From the NCBI RefSeq assembly GCF_000009705.1, contig NC_003272.1, positions 4,740,001 to 4,772,000 of the forward strand: DNA of 32,000 nucleotides. The letters are read 5' to 3'. Position numbers and translations under genes: made by a program. This stretch comes from Nostoc sp. PCC 7120 = FACHB-418. GTDB taxonomy: Bacteria; Cyanobacteriota; Cyanobacteriia; Cyanobacteriales; Nostocaceae. Below are positions 1 through 8,152 of this stretch, one piece after another; position 1 is the first letter of the stretch; each line of letters starts with the position of its first letter. The notes under the pieces were generated by a model that was given only the letters and a program-made list of their open reading frames with translations, had not been told where the DNA came from and ran no database searches.

Positions 1-2331
1 CTGGATTTTTTCGTAAACTTTATCAAAGGATTCGTCAAACTTTTCCAACCCAATTTCTAAGACAGACAATTTAATTTCGCTATGGAATTTATCGCTGTCC
101 ATCATCATAGATGCAAAAGAATTACCTATTACAGCACTAACATTAGCTAGTGCTGTCGGGATAAAGCCAATTCTTGTAAACTCCATTAATTCCCCCTTTA
201 ATGGAGTACTAAAATCAATATTATCTAATTCAATTAATTGGTCAGAAATCTCATTAATAGAAAGCTTTAACTTTTCGCTGAATTTAGTATTATCTCTCAT
301 GTCTAATAAATTAAATTCTGCTTGAATTGCATCTAACTCATACTTGATATTTCGATTTAAATTTTGTAAATTTTCTTCTAATATTATATTTTTAAGTTGA
401 CTATTAACCCAGTCATCAATTTCATCAGATAAATCGCTAACAAAACACTGAATATAATCACGAACTAACTTGTCTTGTTTCCAAAAGAGCTTATATTCGG
501 AATTCCAACGTTCACTTTTCAATAACATACGCTCTTCTAAACCTTCATACCACTCACCCCATGAAACATTTGCTTTTTCAAGGGATTTTTCTATTAGTTG
601 AATGGTCAATAAGCATATTTTTACATCACGTCCACTAAACTCTCCAATTTGCTCTAAAATTTTACGTTTTCCTTCCTCAGCAATTTTTATTTTAGATTCT
701 AACTCATCTTTAAATTCTCTCAAATTATTAATAATTCTTTGAATTATTTTATTAAGTTGATCAGGTAATGGCTGTAGTTTTAGCCTTCCACGTTCGAGGA
801 TCAAAAATCTTTCAATTGATTTAATAAAAGTATCAAAGCTTTTTTTATATTCGTCTTCATAGCCATACATAACCGATCTCAAGGCTGCTTGGGCTGAAAT
901 AAAGTGAACACGATTTTTTCCGGTAATTATTGGTTTTTCACCTTCAACAAAGTTGTAAATTCTCTTTTTTATCTGATCACGACTTTTTTCTGTATTCACT
1001 AAATCCATAAAATTGACAACGATAAATAAGTTATTTGCTGGCTCTTGATCTTTACCACCATTGAGTTTAAGCCTCAATTCATTTAATGATTGACGTTCGC
1101 CTTGCGTCAGTGAGCGTGAAGCATTAGTAACAAAAATTGCAGCATCTATATCTTGAAGTAAGTTTTGAGTAATAGCTGTGAGTTCTGGATTCTCATTTAA
1201 TCCTGGTGAATCGATGATTTCTACACCACTATTGCATAATGCCAGATTAGAGTGTTCAACTATGATTTCTTTAATATCAGATTGTTTGAGTTCTTTATTT
1301 AAAGAGTTAAGAGCAATATCTTCAGAAATACTTACTTTTTGTCGATACTCATCAAATGGTATTTCTTTTTCGCTTCCATCTTTATAGCGGTAAATTACAC
1401 GTTTTTGCGTTCCATACTTCAAGACTACTATATTCCCATTACAGGGAATCTCTCGCATTGGTTGAATTTCTTCGCCTAGTAAAGCATTTAGTAAAGTTGA
1501 TTTTCCTTGACTAAACTCACCAATAACAGCCAATCGAAACCGATGTAATTGGAACTTTTTAGATAACCCATTCACTTCGTCAATTAAATCTTTAGCTAGA
1601 AATCCAAGTTCATGACAAGTTTGAACTATTTGAGAAATCTGATTGCAATAATTACCTAACTGTTGGTTAAACTCTTGAAATTTTTTCAACCCTTCATAGT
1701 ATATAGAAACACGCGGCTGATTTGTGTTAGTCTTAGAGTTGGAAATCAGAGTCTTCCAATTATTGGAATGTGGTTTAATCTCTACATTTTTAAATCCTTG
1801 ATTACGTGGTGTATCTAGTAAAATTTCCACCTCATTCAAAACTGCTATATCTAAACTCTCTTGGGGTCTAAATGCAGATGCCAGAACTGCCAAATATTCT
1901 GTTTTAACGCCCAAATAATGAGCCAAAATCTCTAAATACCTTTGTTCACGTAAACCCAATTTATTATCACTTGTAGACATTTCATAACCAAGCCCAATTA
2001 GTAACAACCTTTCTGATTCAGAAAGAAGGCTGCTTATAATTACTAACTCATCAAATTTGCGATAAATCTGATGTTTTATTACTCCTTTGATTATTAAATA
2101 TGCTAACTTATATGTATCACTTTCTGGTTCAATAAAGCGATACAGTATTTCAAGCATTTTTTGTTTTTGCTTATCCGTACCGATGCCATCAATAAACATT
2201 GATCCTAACAGGACAACAATCAGATTAGTTATAAATATCACTTGTGGCGTAGCATCGCTTTTACTTATATTTTGACCAGTAATTTTTGATAAAGAACTAA
2301 CTATCCGGTCTCCAATTAATAATGTATTCAT
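1..2331 (-). CDS. Dynamin-family (bacterial dynamin-like) GTPase with a TerB-like N-terminal domain. The 3' end is cut off by the window edge.
   Basis: Absent from the ORF track because it runs off the window. I read every minus-frame codon (plus-strand triplets 1-3, 4-6, ...) and found no tta/cta/tca from 1 to 2331. The ATG is the complement of cat at 2329-2331, with an in-frame stop (tta 2338-2340) just upstream. The translation has a P-loop RLAVIGEFSQGKSTLLNALLG (~1480-1545), a DxxG motif as IIDSPGLNE (~1196-1222), the G4-like FIVVNFMD (~1003-1026), and a long K/E/L-rich helical stalk. The N-terminal ~170 aa carries two TerB-like repeats (MFIDGIGTDKQKQKMLEIL; STSDNKLGLREQRYLEILAHYLGV). Confidence 0.85.
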   Translation of the reverse strand, partial: MNTLLIGDRIVSSLSKITGQNISKSDATPQVIFITNLIVVLLGSMFIDGIGTDKQKQKMLEILYRFIEPESDTYKLAYLIIKGVIKHQIYRKFDELVIISSLLSESERLLLIGLGYEMSTSDNKLGLREQRYLEILAHYLGVKTEYLAVLASAFRPQESLDIAVLNEVEILLDTPRNQGFKNVEIKPHSNNWKTLISNSKTNTNQPRVSIYYEGLKKFQEFNQQLGNYCNQISQIVQTCHELGFLAKDLIDEVNGLSKKFQLHRFRLAVIGEFSQGKSTLLNALLGEEIQPMREIPCNGNIVVLKYGTQKRVIYRYKDGSEKEIPFDEYRQKVSISEDIALNSLNKELKQSDIKEIIVEHSNLALCNSGVEIIDSPGLNENPELTAITQNLLQDIDAAIFVTNASRSLTQGERQSLNELRLKLNGGKDQEPANNLFIVVNFMDLVNTEKSRDQIKKRIYNFVEGEKPIITGKNRVHFISAQAALRSVMYGYEDEYKKSFDTFIKSIERFLILERGRLKLQPLPDQLNKIIQRIINNLREFKDELESKIKIAEEGKRKILEQIGEFSGRDVKICLLTIQLIEKSLEKANVSWGEWYEGLEERMLLKSERWNSEYKLFWKQDKLVRDYIQCFVSDLSDEIDDWVNSQLKNIILEENLQNLNRNIKYELDAIQAEFNLLDMRDNTKFSEKLKLSINEISDQLIELDNIDFSTPLKGELMEFTRIGFIPTALANVSAVIGNSFASMMMDSDKFHSEIKLSVLEIGLEKFDESFDKVYEKIQ

Positions 2332-3440
2332 GAATAATTATTCTCTATTAGCTTGATGGAATATTTTGTTTCAGATACATTTAACAAAATAATAATTGCC
2401 TGACCGATACCATGTCGGTATGAATGAATTTTTGTTCTCTTACGTTTTCTCTTATTGAGAGGTCATTTATAAAGTAAAGAACTCGTCTAGTCTGTGTACG
2501 TACAAATTTTACTTTTTGGAAACCATACCTCTTGAAATATAGATAGTTTTTTGTAAAAGTAATGGCACAGCAGCTCAAAACATTAGAGAATTTCATCTTG
2601 ACTTTATAAAGCACCTGTCCTTAAGTATTCTCCCATTGAAGATTATATTATGTCTAGGATTTTAGTTTGATTTTTGACAGGTATATTTGGAAGTACATCT
2701 GCCATGATGAAGACATACAGGAATCCGATTTTATTATTGAGTGAGTCTAAGTATTAGTAGTTAGCGTGGGCAATGCCTACCTACGTGTATTTTGGGAATT
2801 AAGTATAAATCTTATAGCTCATGAATTGAAGAGCTTAAATATAGAGAAATTTTATCAATACTTCTTTAGTCAGATACAATATCATATATAAAGATTTAAA
2901 ACAAGTTAAATTCTATCATATCGTGCCAATACATATAGTTATGGAGATAAACCCGCATAAACATGGTGAGTCTAAAAGTAGAGAGGAGAAAAAGGAACTC
3001 ATCTTCCCTCACCTTCTCTTAATTAATGGCAATAATTTTTGGGTCTTGTCAGATTTTGGTAATGATGTCCGGTTACGCACTTTAAGGCAGAAGACAGGAG
3101 GCACAAGGGTTGTAAACATTTTGTCTCTCTTTTGGTTTATATTAGGTGGAACTTGTGACAAAGACTTTGTTCCAGTTTAAACACGAGATTGTCAGGCAGA
3201 TATTTTGTAAGGCTTGCACCGCAATAATTTAGGAAATTTTTCTTTCTTAAACCTTCTGCCGTCAGACCTCTCTCTGCCCTCTGCCTAAACTAGGCCTTCA
3301 TTGATCACCAAAAGTTGCCAAGAGCCTAATTTTACGTTTAATATTTAGGCTTACATAAAATAGCAGGAAACTTCGTTTGTATAGATTTAGCGCTAACACC
3401 TAGTATCTGCAAGTTCAAACCCATAGCACCATTAATCTTG

Positions 3441-3680
3441 TCATTCAGAGACATCAGAATTCGTATAATATGGTTTCCCATAGTTGATAATCTTGGTACG
3501 AATTTGCTGAAGGCGTTGCTCTACAAAAGTTTTACTAGGATAATTTTCATTCGGAACATCTTGCCAGCAAAGAAAATCCATAAAAACTAAAACTTGTTTT
3601 TGTTTATCCTGCGAAAGAGATTGCCACTTTGTTAATAACATCTGTTCTGGACTCATCAGACGCACCCACATTCCCTTCAA
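3441..3680 (-). CDS. Small hypothetical protein, DUF2281-like (antitoxin-type N-terminus).
   Basis: ORF of 79 aa. The first codon at 3680 is TTG. ATG codons at 3671 and 3656 are more likely starts. The segment MSPEQMLLTKWQSLSQDKQKQVLVFMDFL resembles the L..Q.EVLDFxxFL pattern of DUF2281/VapB-like antitoxins. No partner toxin ORF follows it. Confidence 0.35.
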   Translation of the reverse strand: MKGMWVRLMSPEQMLLTKWQSLSQDKQKQVLVFMDFLCWQDVPNENYPSKTFVEQRLQQIRTKIINYGKPYYTNSDVSE

Positions 3681-3919
3681 TTGTTAAGCTTTGACAAAAT
3701 TATGTCACAGTCATCAATCAATATAATATAGATGGCTTACTTTTGACAGACTGTTCATTTCTCTGCCTAAGACTTTCTACCTTCTTCAAGGTACCCAATT
3801 TAAATATTTCCCTTGTAAAATCTTTTTAAGAATAGCAAGTTAATTTTGCAGTACCTTTTAAGTATAAAAAATAGCCTGTATGATAATTATAATGCTGCTA
3901 GTAGGAGATGCAAATATTT

Positions 3920-4333
3920 CTAGTCTTTGGGAATATATTTTTTTGCAGACTCAATCTTAGCTCTATGACATAGTGCAAGGCGTTTGCGACAGTAGCCATA
4001 AGATTGAGGCTTACTCGTAACTTTTATAATTTTTGATCCATGCCTAAAAGACTTGGACGCAGTTGTAATTGAAGCATTATCCGGCTTTTTAACTTTTTTT
4101 TCTAAGTGTGTAAAACTGGGTTGAGTTTCTGTTAAAATCGTTGTTTTTGGTAGATATTTCTTACGCGATGATTTCTGCATTTGATGTACAGCTATACTTA
4201 AACCACACATTCCTACACTGATAACAACCATCATGTGTTTTCCCAAATATTGAACTGCCAAGTATCCGAAACTCAACGCAACTACAGTTGCCACGATACC
4301 AGCTAATATATTTTTTAATCTAAATCTTTTCAT
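3920..4333 (-). CDS. Hypothetical small membrane protein with two predicted TM helices and a basic C-terminal tail.
   Basis: An internal ATG at 4333 (cat 4331-4333) is preceded by GGAGAGG 4 nt upstream on the minus strand. The protein starts MKRFRLKNILAGIVATVVALSFGYLAVQYLG and also contains MMVVISVGMCGLSIAV. The tail is Lys/Arg-rich. I recognise no family. Confidence 0.45.
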   Translation of the reverse strand: MKRFRLKNILAGIVATVVALSFGYLAVQYLGKHMMVVISVGMCGLSIAVHQMQKSSRKKYLPKTTILTETQPSFTHLEKKVKKPDNASITTASKSFRHGSKIIKVTSKPQSYGYCRKRLALCHRAKIESAKKYIPKD

Positions 4334-4636
4334 GCTACCTCTCCAACACTTTGCAGATAGATAACTGACTAATTCTCTGAGAAAAAACCTTATTGAGTAA
4401 TAGACATCTCCAAACATTAATGATGCGTTGCCCGAAATACTTGGGAGGTGAAATTAATGTAGCAGAAGGCTCCCCATATCTTGGAAAGCAATCTATATAA
4501 AGGATATCAGTTCGGAGAAAGGTATTGTCCATACGCCGGGTTCATCAGAGTTTGATGGAAAGAAAAATAAATTGCCTATCAAAAGTCCGAGCTTGTTTTA
4601 TAAAGATTTTTGATAACTAGTTTTTGGTGCCTTATC

Positions 4637-4840
4637 TTATCGTAGTACATACTGACAATTACAGCGAAACCCCCCTACAAGGCAAATAATTAATTCATTT
4701 GACAAATCACTTTTTAAGGCAGTATTAATTTCCATCCAGTAACTAACTAGATGGGTATAAATAAATATCATCTGGGCTGCCATAGCGAGTAGCAAAGCCA
4801 TCCCAGTTACTGCCACTGCTTTGTCATTACTCCTCGCCAT
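4637..4840 (-). CDS. Hypothetical 67-aa protein with one hydrophobic helix.
   Basis: ATG-initiated ORF containing VAVTGMALLLAMAAQMIFIY. It lies in an AT-rich region and I recognise no family. It may be spurious. Confidence 0.25.
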   Translation of the reverse strand: MARSNDKAVAVTGMALLLAMAAQMIFIYTHLVSYWMEINTALKSDLSNELIICLVGGFRCNCQYVLR

Positions 4841-5233
4841 GACATCTTATGTTTAATTATGCCCACTTACTTAGCTGCTTTTCATTTAAAATCTGAGCTT
4901 GGCTTTATCCATTTTTTTCGTAACGTGATTGCTATCACTGAAACCTTTATATAACGGGACTCTTACTTTTTTCATTTCATTGATAATCTATGATGTGGAA
5001 AAAATATTTGCAAAAAAGTCTGGGTTTTTGCCGGATAAAGAACACCAAGTTCGTAATCTCTGATAAAGTCGAGCTGAGAGGTTGTTTGAAAAGTTTAATA
5101 AGCACAACTAAATATAAGTCTATTTCAAAGAAGCCATAAAGCGCTTATAAGTGGTTGAAGAATTTTATTTTCTGTGAATACGCAGAATTACAGTTGATTT
5201 TAGTATAGGAATGGTATTTGATTGGTGAATTAT

Positions 5234-5310
5234 ACGTAGGTGAACCACTGCCTTGGACGGGTTCCCTGACTTGGAGCAAGTGGCAATGGGCATCGCCTAC
5301 ACCCTACAGA
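5234..5310. repeat. Short copy of a dispersed hairpin repeat that shares a ~45-nt core with the elements at 10566-10823 and 26446-26631.
   Basis: The reverse complement reads GGGTGTAGG...GCCACTTGCTCCAAGTCAGGGAACCCGTCCAAGGCAGTGGTTCACCTAC. This aligns with GCCAGTTGCTTCAAGTCGGCAAAGCCGCCCAACGCACTGGCTC at ~10611-10653. The ends form an inverted repeat (cgtaggtg / cctacaccctac). Confidence 0.6.
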
Positions 5311-5624
5311 TACCTAGATATTTATGCACAAGCGCAGGCTAAACCAACAATAATTAAATCAGATTCCAATACAAAGATTTGTATTGATTTGAGTAATGAG
5401 GCACTTACTAATTCCGTTCGGAATAACTAGGTATTTCATTATCAGAATTTAAAAGCTGTCACTCTTAGAGAACATACACTTTAGCATTTTTCTCCCTTAT
5501 AAACTATAACGTGAAGCATATAATGGCTTTAATGAGTTAGTAGCTACATCAACAATTTCTGTGTCTTCACCGAAACATCTACCGATCTTTTATGTGAATA
5601 GTTGAAATTTAGGTATAAAGTCAA

Positions 5625-6311
5625 ATGAGTGATATCACAATGTTAATGACAGGGCTATTGATGACAAATCAACTGGCATCATCAAATTTGCCCAACCTAT
5701 CTGTAATTCAGATAGATGCAAATAAGAAAAACTTGATAGAGAGCCAATCATATCAACTATTATCAGAGGCTCAGGCTAAGTCATCTGATGCTATTTGGAA
5801 AAATAATGATTCATCTGGTATTTCAGCAACACCTCAATCCCATCCTCAAAAAAATAGAATAGCAAAAATAAAGAAAATGTTTGCCAAGAATTTAGGTAAT
5901 TTTTCTGAATTAGATTCTTCTGCATCTTTAAAAAATAAGTTTGCTAAAAGAAAAAACTTAATAGCAAAACGACGCAGAGTTCAGTTCAATTTTACAAAAT
6001 TTAAAAAGTCAAGTTTTCCTAATAGTCAAGAGTTAGCACGCAAACAACGAAATATTAATAATATTGTGATTGCCAGTTCTCAAACGTTGACGAACCCAAT
6101 ATCACCTAATCTAAGTTTTAGTAATTCAGGTGTATCTGTCAGAGTATTACAACGGTTATTAGTGGCTAATGGCTATCCTATTCCAGTCGATGGGGTTTTT
6201 GGGCCAGTCACAGAAATTGCTGTAAAAGCCTTTCAGGAGCAACAAAATTTAACAGTTGATGGAATAGTGGGAGTGCAAACATGGTACTGTCTGACTACAC
6301 ACAGCAAATAG
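5625..6311 (+). CDS. Peptidoglycan-binding domain protein (PG_binding_1 at the C-terminus).
   Basis: The C-terminus VSVRVLQRLLVANGYPIPVDGVFGPVTEIAVKAFQEQQNLTVDGIVGVQTW matches the classic PG-binding repeat (G...DG.FG..T..AV..FQ....L..DG.vG..T). The middle of the protein is low-complexity and K/N-rich. Confidence 0.75.
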   Translation: MSDITMLMTGLLMTNQLASSNLPNLSVIQIDANKKNLIESQSYQLLSEAQAKSSDAIWKNNDSSGISATPQSHPQKNRIAKIKKMFAKNLGNFSELDSSASLKNKFAKRKNLIAKRRRVQFNFTKFKKSSFPNSQELARKQRNINNIVIASSQTLTNPISPNLSFSNSGVSVRVLQRLLVANGYPIPVDGVFGPVTEIAVKAFQEQQNLTVDGIVGVQTWYCLTTHSK

Positions 6312-6357
6312 CAAAGACTTTATAGAGAACACACTCAGCTGATATTTGCTTTTTTTC
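6303..6357 (+). terminator. Candidate Rho-independent terminator after the PG-binding gene.
   Basis: AGCAAATA (6303-6310) pairs with TATTTGCT (6343-6350) and is followed directly by TTTTTT (6351-6356). The loop is long (~32 nt). Confidence 0.45.
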
Positions 6358-6459
6358 GCTACAGTAGTCCTGCTAGCCGCGTAAGCCTAATTACCTAGAC
6401 TAAACAACTGCTAAGCATTCAAGCTATATTGCAGTTATCAATGATTAGGAAAAACACTA

Positions 6460-7131
6460 GTGTTTCCCCTCTACGACGAAAATCCGACGCGAATCACCCC
6501 CTATTTCACCTACGGTTTAATTGGGATGAACGTTTTAGTTTTTCTTCACGAAGTGAGTCTGTCTAATGCTCAATTAAATCAGTTTTTCAGTCAGTATGCA
6601 GTAGTCCCTCAAGAGTTAACCTCCAATTTAGCTGGTGAATGGCCGACGTTATTCACCTCGCAATTTTTGCACGGTGGTTGGTGGCATTTGATATCGAATA
6701 TGGTGTTTCTTTGGGTGTTTGGCAACAATATTGAAGAACGCCTGGGGCATTTCAAATATTTAATTTTTTATTTGGCTTGTGGTGCTTTAGCTGCCTTGTG
6801 TCAGTGGTTTATTGGTATGTCTTCCACCATTCCTTCCTTGGGTGCTAGTGGTGCCATTTCCGGGGTTCTCGGTGCATACCTGATTCGTTTTCCCCAAGCT
6901 AGGGTGACAACGTTAATTTTCTTAGGTTTCTTTGTAACAACAATCAGTGTTCCAGCCCTAGTGATTATCGGCATTTTCTTTGTGCAAAATGTTATATCCG
7001 GTCTTGTCAGCCTACAAGCAGCCGCTAACATGAGTGTACAAACAGGGGGTGTCGCTTATTGGGCGCACATTGGTGGTTTTGTGTTTGGCATAATTCTTGC
7101 CCCTATATTTGGTTTGTTTAGACGGGACTAA
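6460..7131 (+). CDS. Rhomboid family intramembrane serine protease.
   Basis: GTG start. Motifs seen: FLHGGWWHLISNMVFLWVFGNNIEERLG, the catalytic GASGAISGVLGAY (GxSG), and the HIGGFVFG His motif. The protein has multiple TM helices. Confidence 0.9.
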   Translation: MFPLYDENPTRITPYFTYGLIGMNVLVFLHEVSLSNAQLNQFFSQYAVVPQELTSNLAGEWPTLFTSQFLHGGWWHLISNMVFLWVFGNNIEERLGHFKYLIFYLACGALAALCQWFIGMSSTIPSLGASGAISGVLGAYLIRFPQARVTTLIFLGFFVTTISVPALVIIGIFFVQNVISGLVSLQAAANMSVQTGGVAYWAHIGGFVFGIILAPIFGLFRRD

Positions 7132-7204
7132 TAGCCAAACCGGGGGATTGGGTGTTAGCGAATCAACCTCGTTTATATCCAAATCTAGAGCTTTTGATTA
7201 TTCT

Positions 7205-7240
7205 ATTATGTGATTGCTTCATTGGTCGCAATCACATAAT
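7205..7240. other. Perfect 13-bp inverted repeat (hairpin) between the rhomboid gene and the next gene.
   Basis: ATTATGTGATTGC (7205-7217) and GCAATCACATAAT (7228-7240) flank a 10-nt loop. No U-tract follows, so its function is unclear. Confidence 0.4.
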
Positions 7241-7365
7241 CTTGATAAGAAACTACTATGCTGACGGTAGAAGAGATTTATCTACTTGTTATTGCTGTTT
7301 TATCTGGCATACTGTACTCTTTCTAAGAGTATAAAATTATGCAAAATAAAAAATAATAATAAGTC

Positions 7366-8061
7366 ATGAAAGTGAAAATTTTGATAGCGATAGCATTGTT
7401 GGCTAATTTTATAGTAGTAAATTCATCCTCTGCTACAGCAAAAAATAGTGGGTTGATTGTTAATAATCCTGGCTCCTTCAATCAAAAGCATACAGAAATT
7501 ACACAGGCTCTACCACCTAGAGTTATTAAACTTCGTTTAGCAGATAGTGGTGTTTCAGTCGGTAGCATAATCACTTGGGGATTTGGTGGCTTGATCCAAA
7601 AAAGGTCTACTGATTGGGTTCGTTTAGAAATTGGGGATAGTCAAGTAAGAGTAATACACACTACAAGAACCACCAATTGGTTAACTCAGTTTTCTAAATG
7701 GTGGGATCATCCAGTAAGAAAAATTGCCTTTAAACCAGATTCTTGTGAAATAAATAATGCACAAACCCAAGGTGGATCAGATACAGAAAACCAACTACGG
7801 GAAATTAAAAGATTGTATGATTCCAAATTGATCACAGAACCACAATATCAAGAATTGCAGCGCAAAATCATCAATCAAATAGGTACAACTTCTAGTCAAG
7901 CTACTCCTAGTAATGGAGACTGTGTTGTATTAGGAGAAAATGGAACTCTCAAATTCCCAGATCTAACTTTATTAACTAAAGGCGAATTTAAAATTGAATA
8001 TTTAGAGGGTGATGAATGGAAGTATGTAGCCTTTAGGGTACCTGCTAAGGCATACGAATAG
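7366..8061 (+). CDS. Secreted hypothetical protein with a SHOCT-like helical motif.
   Basis: Signal peptide MKVKILIAIALLANFIVVNSSSATA. The internal segment ENQLREIKRLYDSKLITEPQYQELQRKIINQI resembles the SHOCT motif. I recognise nothing else. Confidence 0.6.
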   Translation: MKVKILIAIALLANFIVVNSSSATAKNSGLIVNNPGSFNQKHTEITQALPPRVIKLRLADSGVSVGSIITWGFGGLIQKRSTDWVRLEIGDSQVRVIHTTRTTNWLTQFSKWWDHPVRKIAFKPDSCEINNAQTQGGSDTENQLREIKRLYDSKLITEPQYQELQRKIINQIGTTSSQATPSNGDCVVLGENGTLKFPDLTLLTKGEFKIEYLEGDEWKYVAFRVPAKAYE

Positions 8062-8105
8062 TATCATCTGTGCTTGAAAACTTATAGTATTTCCGGTCTT
8101 TGGTA

Positions 8106-8142
8106 GGTAATTGGTAATGGCCTTACACAATTACCAATTACC
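8106..8142. terminator. Hairpin between convergent genes (possible bidirectional terminator), built from heptamer-like GGTAATT units.
   Basis: GGTAATTGGTAAT (8106-8118) and ATTACCAATTACC (8130-8142) form a perfect 13-bp stem with an 11-nt loop. It lies between stop codons at 8061 (+) and 8153 (-). There is no clear U-tract. Confidence 0.4.
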
Positions 8143-8152
8143 AAATCTCTAC

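Noticed and set aside
1178-2275. Plus-strand ORFs 1178-1387 (69 aa) and 2087-2275 (62 aa) from the track.
   Set aside because: Both lie entirely antisense within the continuous 777-codon dynamin-like ORF. They are low-complexity with no recognisable motifs, so they are most likely shadow ORFs.
2381-3180. ORFs 2381-2614 (-) and 2923-3180 (+) in the AT-rich spacer.
   Set aside because: They have no SD, no recognisable domain and a composition typical of random AT-rich ORFs. I cannot support them as genes.
5218-5430. ORF 5218-5430 (+), 70 aa.
   Set aside because: Its first third is the dispersed hairpin repeat (5234-5310). It has a TTG start and no motif. It is likely an artefact of the repeat.
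7152-7334. ORF 7152-7334 (+), 60 aa.
   Set aside because: It contains the 13-bp inverted repeat, has a non-ATG start and is Cys/Ile-rich and low-complexity. It is probably non-coding spacer.
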